Source: Candidatus Methylomirabilia bacterium
GTDB taxonomy: Bacteria > Methylomirabilota > Methylomirabilia > Rokubacteriales > CSP1-6
Assembly: GCA_041492755.1 (NCBI GenBank)
Contig: JBGPXN010000001.1
Coordinates: 37,261 to 101,260, forward strand
Length of the DNA stretch: 64,000 bases
Direction of reading: 5' to 3'
Shown here: positions 59,259 to 64,000 of the stretch, piece by piece
How the letters are laid out: every line of letters begins with the position of its first letter
Position numbering within the stretch: the first letter of the stretch is position 1
The notes under the pieces: model-generated
The model's database searches: none
Seen by the model: only the letters and a program-made list of their open reading frames with translations
Told to the model about the DNA's origin: nothing
Position numbers and translations under genes: made by a program

Positions 59259-60317
59259 TCAGCCGGCGACGCGAATCACCGGATCCGAGACGACTTCGCC
59301 GATCTCCCACGCCGTCTCGCCGCGCGCGCTGAAGGCCGCGAGAACGCCACCCGCCCGATCGGGCGCGACGGAAAAGAGCAGGCCGCCGGACGTCTCCGCT
59401 TCGAAGAGCAGCGCCACCATCGCCGGGGCGATGCCGGGATCGATCGACAGGCGGGAGCCGAACACGGCTTCGACGTGCCGGCGGTTACGCTTCATTCCGC
59501 CGCTGAGATGACCCGCCTCCGCCAGCGCCAGCGCCCCTGGTAAAAATGGCAGCCGCCCGGCGCCGAGGGCAAGCCCCGCGCCCGACGCTTCGACCATTTC
59601 CCCGCCGTGACCCAGCAAGCCGAATCCGGTGACGTCGGTGGCGCCGCGGGCGCCGAAGTCGCGCGCGACCTCGGCCGCGACGCGATTCAGCCGGAGCATG
59701 CTCGCCACGGCGCCCGCCAGCGTCTCGGCGCTGGCCGCGCCATCCTTGGCCGCGGTCGTGATGGTCCCGGTACCGAGCGGCTTGGAAAGAAACACGCGAT
59801 CGCCCGGGCGCAACCCGCCCTTGATCAGCACGCGGTCGGGGTGCACGCGGCCGGTGACGCAGAGGCCGTACTTCGGCTCGGCATCGATGACGGTGTGGCC
59901 GCCGGCGATGACCCCACCCGCCTCCGCCACCTTCTCCGCGCCACCGCGGAAGACTTCGGCCACGACCGCCTTGGGCAGCTCGCGAGGAAAGCCGGCGATC
60001 GCGAGCGCGAACATCACTTCGCCCCCCATCGCGTACACGTCGGACATCGCGTTGGCTGCCGCCACCGCGCCCCAGGTGTACGGATCGTCCACGACGGGCG
60101 GGAAGAAATCGACGGTTTCTACCAGCGCGAGGTCCGGCGAGATGCGGTAGACGGCGGCATCGTCGGCAACCCCGAGCCCGACGAGCAGGTCCGGAGGGGC
60201 CGCCATCGCCGACGGCTTCAGCACCGCGAGCACCTCCTGGAGATCTCCAGGAGCCATCTTGGATGCTCAGCCGGCGCAGGAGGCGTACGAGGTGAGGCGG
60301 ATGTCCTTGCCTGTCAT
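59259..60317 (-). CDS. selD: Selenide, water dikinase (selenophosphate synthetase) with in-frame UGA (selenocysteine) at 60267-60269
   Basis: Reading through TGA gives MTGKDIRLTSYASCAG-U-ASKMAPGDLQEVLAV..., aligning with SelD IRLTQYSHGAG-C/U-GCKISPKVLETIL. The track splits it into 60267..60488 and 59259..60257. Confidence 0.8.
60234..60266 (-). promoter_or_regulatory. Putative bacterial SECIS hairpin downstream of the selD UGA
   Basis: mRNA UGA-gcauccaagaugg-CUCCUGGAGAUCUCCAGGAG: perfect 20-nt palindrome starting 13 nt after UGA. Confidence 0.55.
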
Positions 60318-60334
60318 GCCGGCGCCCTCGGAGC

Positions 60335-61240
60335 TCACGATGGAAGCTCGCGCACCTGGGATTCCACGAATGCCACGAACGCCTGCGCCAGCGGCGAGCG
60401 CGTGCGCTCGCGATGGAGCACGAGATAGAACGAGCGCGCGACGCGCAGGTCGGCCAGCCGCACGCAGACCAGGACGTTGGCCCGGCACTCGTCCGCCACC
60501 GCGCGCCGGGAGATGATCGTGATGCCCGCCCCCGCCCGCACGGTCTGCTTCACGGCCTGCGTGGACCCGATCTCGCCCGCGATCCGGAACGCGCCGAGGT
60601 CCGTCCCCGCCTCGCGGAGCGCCTGCTCGAGCGCCTCGCGGGAGCCGGAGCCGCGCTCGCGCACGATCATCGGCTCCGCCTTCACGTCGGCCAGCATCAC
60701 GGTCTGCCGCGTCGCCCAGGGATGGCTGGCCGGAACGACGATGACGAGCTCGTCGTTCATGAGCTCACGCGCCTCGAGCACGCGCGACGTCGGTTGCGCT
60801 CCAACCACGGCGGTCTCGACCTTTCCGCTCTCGACCCACTCGCACACCGTCCGGCTACCCCCGATGAGCAGGCTGATGGCGACGTCGGGGTACTTGCTCT
60901 TGAACTGTCCGATGAGGCCCGGCAATAGATACTCGCCGGGAATGGTGCTGCCCCCGATGACGAGCTCGCCGCTCATGCGGCCCTGGAACTGGTCCATGGC
61001 CTGCCGAGCTTCGCGCGAGAGACCCAGGATCCGCACGGCGTAGCGCAGCAGGAGCTGCCCCGCCGGCGTCGGCGCGGCGCCGCGCCCCAATCGGTCGAGC
61101 AACGACAACCCGAGCTCCTCTTCAAGGGCGCGGACATGCTCGGAGATCGTGGGCTGGGTAAGCGACAGCGCCTCGGCGGCGCGCGAAAAGCTACCGAGCT
61201 CGGCGACCTTGGCGAAGACTTCGAGGCGGCGTAGGTCCAT
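60335..61240 (-). CDS. LysR-family transcriptional regulator
   Basis: MDLRRLEVFAKVAELGSFSRAAEALSLTQPTISEHVRALEEELG (HTH), then LysR substrate-binding domain. Confidence 0.85.
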   Translation of the reverse strand: MDLRRLEVFAKVAELGSFSRAAEALSLTQPTISEHVRALEEELGLSLLDRLGRGAAPTPAGQLLLRYAVRILGLSREARQAMDQFQGRMSGELVIGGSTIPGEYLLPGLIGQFKSKYPDVAISLLIGGSRTVCEWVESGKVETAVVGAQPTSRVLEARELMNDELVIVVPASHPWATRQTVMLADVKAEPMIVRERGSGSREALEQALREAGTDLGAFRIAGEIGSTQAVKQTVRAGAGITIISRRAVADECRANVLVCVRLADLRVARSFYLVLHRERTRSPLAQAFVAFVESQVRELPS

Positions 61241-61299
61241 CGGTCAGAACGGGAGTCCCGAAGGCGGCGGCCGGCGCGGCGCCGGCGCCGTCGCTCAGG

Positions 61300-61512
61300 T
61301 CAGTGACAGGAACAGCCGCCGCCGCAACAACCGCCCCCGGCCGACGGCATCGTCGCGACGTCAGCCCCGTGACTCTTCATCGCGAAAAGGGAAAGACGCC
61401 GCTTGACCTCGGCGCTGGAGCATCCCGGACACGTGACGGCCGCGGCCGTCGAGGGGAGGTAGCGCTCGAATTCCTTGCCGCAGCCGCCGCACCTGTACTC
61501 GTAGACGGGCAT
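61300..61512 (-). CDS. FmdB-family zinc-ribbon protein with Gly/Cys-rich C-terminal tail
   Basis: MPVYEYRCGGCGKEFE...CPGCSS...; tail GGGCCGGGCSCH. Start is 3 nt after the pup-like stop. Confidence 0.7.
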   Translation of the reverse strand: MPVYEYRCGGCGKEFERYLPSTAAAVTCPGCSSAEVKRRLSLFAMKSHGADVATMPSAGGGCCGGGCSCH

Positions 61513-61515
61513 CGA

Positions 61516-61716
61516 CTACTCGCCCCCTCGCTGCACGTAACTCTTCACGAACTCCTCGGCGTTCTCCTCGAGGATGTCGTCGATCTCGTCAAGGAGCTTG
61601 TCGATGTCCTCCTTGATCTTCTTGCCCTTCTTGGCCAGCTCGGGGTTCGCATTCGCCCCGTCGCCATCCTCGTTGGGCTTCGTTGGCCGCGTCTCTTTCT
61701 TTTTCTGCTCTGCCAT
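61516..61716 (-). CDS. pup: Prokaryotic ubiquitin-like protein (Pup/UBact family), C-terminal GGE
   Basis: MAEQKKKETRPTKPNEDGDGANANPELAKKGKKIKEDIDKLLDEIDDILEENAEEFVKSYVQRGGE. Compare Mycobacterium Pup ...DDLLDEIDDVLEENAEDFVRAYVQKGGQ. Hidden in the track at the C-terminus of the 370-aa ORF 61516..62628. Confidence 0.75.
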   Translation of the reverse strand: MAEQKKKETRPTKPNEDGDGANANPELAKKGKKIKEDIDKLLDEIDDILEENAEEFVKSYVQRGGE

Positions 61717-61814
61717 GCTGGCCTCCATCGGGGCCCGGACCGTCGACGGCGCACGTGAGCAACGCCCCACACGTATCTTACCACCGGGCAATACCTCGGC
61801 CGCGGGCCTTTCTC

Positions 61815-62984
61815 CTACCGCCGGGACCGCCGGAACTGCTTGCTCAACGTCAGCGTCTGATTCTGGTAGGACGACGGCACCCCGACCCCGTAGAGCCGCG
61901 CCGGCGGGCTGGCCAGCCGCTCGAACCCGACCTTGAACGACGTCTGTCCGTCGTAGATCATGAACGGCACTTCCCGCGCGCGTACTTCCATCACGACCTT
62001 CGTGCCCAGCACGCTGCCGTCGCCGTAGCCGAAGCCGGGATCGAAGAAGCCCGCGTAGTGCGTGCGGATCTCCCCAGCGCCCGGATCGTAGACGACCATC
62101 TCGGCAGCATAGTCCGGGGGGACCCGAATCCGTTCCTTCGACGCGAGGATGTAGAACCGATTCGCCTCCAGGATGTAGGAGTCCCGGTTCGGCCGCTTGA
62201 TGGGCTCCCAGAACTCGGCCGGATCGTAGTGGTCGATCCGGCTCAGGTCGACCACCGGCGGATTCGGGTGGGCGCGGTACCCGATGATGCCGTCGGTCGC
62301 CCGTCCCGACAGATCGATCCCCATGCACAGTCCGTCGTTGATCACGCGCGGGCCGGGCGGGAGCGGCCGGTCGTCGTCGTCGTAGAGCAGCGGGATTCGC
62401 CGATACAGCTGGGTCAGCGCGGCGTCGGCCAGCGAGGTGGCGCCGGACAGCAGGCGGACCTGATTGAGCGAAAGCCCTTCGTGAACCCGCACGGGAAACG
62501 ACTGCGGCGCGACCTCGAGATACAGCGGACCGGCGTAGCCAGGGGCGATCTCGTCGAAGCGTGCCGTCGCGTCCGCCACCACCCGCGTGAAGATGTCCAG
62601 TCGACCCGTCGTGCTCTTCGGGTTGCACCGGCCCCGAACGTTCGCGGGCAGGCGCAGCGACTCCTGAAGCGGCACGAGGTAGACCGATCCGCGTTGCAGC
62701 GTCGCCCCCGTGGACAGCGCCAGCCGATCGATGACGAGATCGATCTCCGCGAAGTCGGTCTGCTGCAGCCGCGTGAGCACCGGCTCCCGGTACGGCAGGA
62801 AGCTCGCGCGGAGCTGATAGGCGACGGCGCCGACGCGAAGGTCCAGGCTCGATGGCTGGTATTGCGCGTCGGCAACGGGCGTGGCTGCGGTGATCCAGCC
62901 GTCGCGCACGGCCGCCCGTAGCGCATGGTCCGGCAGGACGCCGGGCGTGACCGCGCCGTCAGCGCGGACTCGGTGCGGTCGCAT
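61815..62984 (-). CDS. dCTP deaminase/dUTPase-fold protein, apparently tandem-domain; function uncertain
   Basis: 389 aa; N-terminal ...LPDHALRAAVRDGWITAATPV...SSLDLRVG resembles the dCTP deaminase N-terminus; length suggests a duplicated domain. Confidence 0.4.
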   Translation of the reverse strand: MRPHRVRADGAVTPGVLPDHALRAAVRDGWITAATPVADAQYQPSSLDLRVGAVAYQLRASFLPYREPVLTRLQQTDFAEIDLVIDRLALSTGATLQRGSVYLVPLQESLRLPANVRGRCNPKSTTGRLDIFTRVVADATARFDEIAPGYAGPLYLEVAPQSFPVRVHEGLSLNQVRLLSGATSLADAALTQLYRRIPLLYDDDDRPLPPGPRVINDGLCMGIDLSGRATDGIIGYRAHPNPPVVDLSRIDHYDPAEFWEPIKRPNRDSYILEANRFYILASKERIRVPPDYAAEMVVYDPGAGEIRTHYAGFFDPGFGYGDGSVLGTKVVMEVRAREVPFMIYDGQTSFKVGFERLASPPARLYGVGVPSSYQNQTLTLSKQFRRSRR

Positions 62985-63041
62985 GATAGTCGTAGAGCTG
63001 TCGCACCCACGCGAGATCCATCCGCGCCCCTTCCCCTGGCC

Positions 63042-63944
63042 TTACCCGTCGGTCTGGCAGACGGCGCCGGCCGCATCGACGTCGAGAACCCGCGCCCGGC
63101 CTTCGATGCCGGCCTTGCCGAGCGCCGTTTCCATCGCGCGCGCGACGGCGTCCCCGTCACCCGTGACGACGGCGAGCATCGACGGCCCCGCGCCGCTGAG
63201 GACACAACCCAACGCCCCGGCGTCGCGGGCGGCCGCGGCGACCGCGGGCAGCCACGGGAAGAGCCGGCGACGATAGGGCTGATGCAGTCGGTCCTCCAGG
63301 GCGACGGCGAGCGCGTCGGGCCGCCGCGTTTGCAGCGCGGCCAGGAGGAGCGCGACACGCTGCACGTTGAACACGGCGTCCGCCCGCGACACCGACTTCG
63401 GCAGCACCGCTCGCGCTTCCGCCGTCGTACTGGTCACCTCGGGCACGAGCACGATCCACCGCAGCTCGGGCGGGACCGGCAGCGTCAGCGCGCGCGTGCC
63501 GCTCCCATCCGAGGACGACACGGTCAAGCCGCCGTACACCGCGGCCGCGACGTTGTCGGGATGGCCCTCCGCCCGCGCCGCCAGCACCAACAGCGCCTCG
63601 CGGTCGAGCGGCGCGCCGAGCAGCGCGTTCCCCGCGACCAGCCCGGCCACCCACGCCGCCGCGCTCGACCCGAGTCCGCGCGCCAGCGGAATCCGATTCA
63701 CGCACGTCAGCGCGCACCCGGGAAACGGACGTCCCACGGCCTCGTACGCGAGACGAACCCCGCGCGCCACGACGTTGCGCGGCCCGGTCCCGAGCCGGTC
63801 CGCGCCCTCCCCCTCCGCGGTGATCGTGACGCTGTCCGCCTCCTCCGCCGTCACGTCGTTGTGCAGGGCCAGCGCGAGCCCCAGCGCATCGAACCCCGGC
63901 CCGAGGTTCGCGGAACTAGCCGGCACGCGTACGCGCACGCGCAT
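63042..63944 (-). CDS. thrB: Homoserine kinase
   Basis: VRVPASSANLGPGFDALGLAL ... PLARGLGSSAA (GHMP kinase motif). Confidence 0.85.
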   Translation of the reverse strand: MRVRVRVPASSANLGPGFDALGLALALHNDVTAEEADSVTITAEGEGADRLGTGPRNVVARGVRLAYEAVGRPFPGCALTCVNRIPLARGLGSSAAAWVAGLVAGNALLGAPLDREALLVLAARAEGHPDNVAAAVYGGLTVSSSDGSGTRALTLPVPPELRWIVLVPEVTSTTAEARAVLPKSVSRADAVFNVQRVALLLAALQTRRPDALAVALEDRLHQPYRRRLFPWLPAVAAAARDAGALGCVLSGAGPSMLAVVTGDGDAVARAMETALGKAGIEGRARVLDVDAAGAVCQTDG

Positions 63945-64000
63945 CGCGACGTCTAACGGATTGCGGAAAGCCGCCGCAGCATCGAAAAAGCCCCGGCGCC

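Overview
High-GC (about 70%), gene-dense bacterial chromosomal segment, almost entirely coding and mostly on the minus strand. No organism is identifiable from sequence alone; the content looks like a Gram-negative-type lineage. Gene content from start to end: (1) conserved housekeeping block infB(partial)-ylxR-nusA-rimP / proS / fdx-like-ispG-rseP-dxr-cdsA-uppS-frr-pyrH-tsf-rpsB / argJ-argC / rpsI-rplM; (2) a translationally coupled operon SGNH hydrolase-nth-GT-C(ArnT/PMT-like)-SAM methyltransferase-aminotransferase-GT2(Ppm1/ArnC-like), abutting a truncated ACT-malic-enzyme fragment; (3) an rpoD-like sigma-70 gene; (4) accC-BCCP with two ferritin-like paralogs; (5) a Liv-type ABC transporter with an embedded acyl-CoA ligase; (6) dinB; (7) a dense Fe-S/sulfur-trafficking region: nifS-nifU-cysE, a DsrEFH/TusBCD-like trio, and a complete iscRSUA-hscBA-fdx-iscX operon; (8) a MoxR-DUF58-giant multi-vWA-TPR (Bat-like) operon; (9) a GT4 glycosyltransferase and a ZAS anti-sigma; (10) a selenocysteine-encoding selD with SECIS, a LysR regulator, a Pup/UBact-like ubiquitin-like protein gene, and thrB. 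The most notable non-genic signal is a family of composite GC-rich palindromic (REP-like) elements. They occur at five intercistronic sites, always directly after a stop codon and always in the same orientation relative to transcription. No CRISPR array, tRNA, rRNA, transposase or integrase was found. Many long ORFs in the supplied track are alternate-frame or antisense artefacts of high GC and were not annotated.
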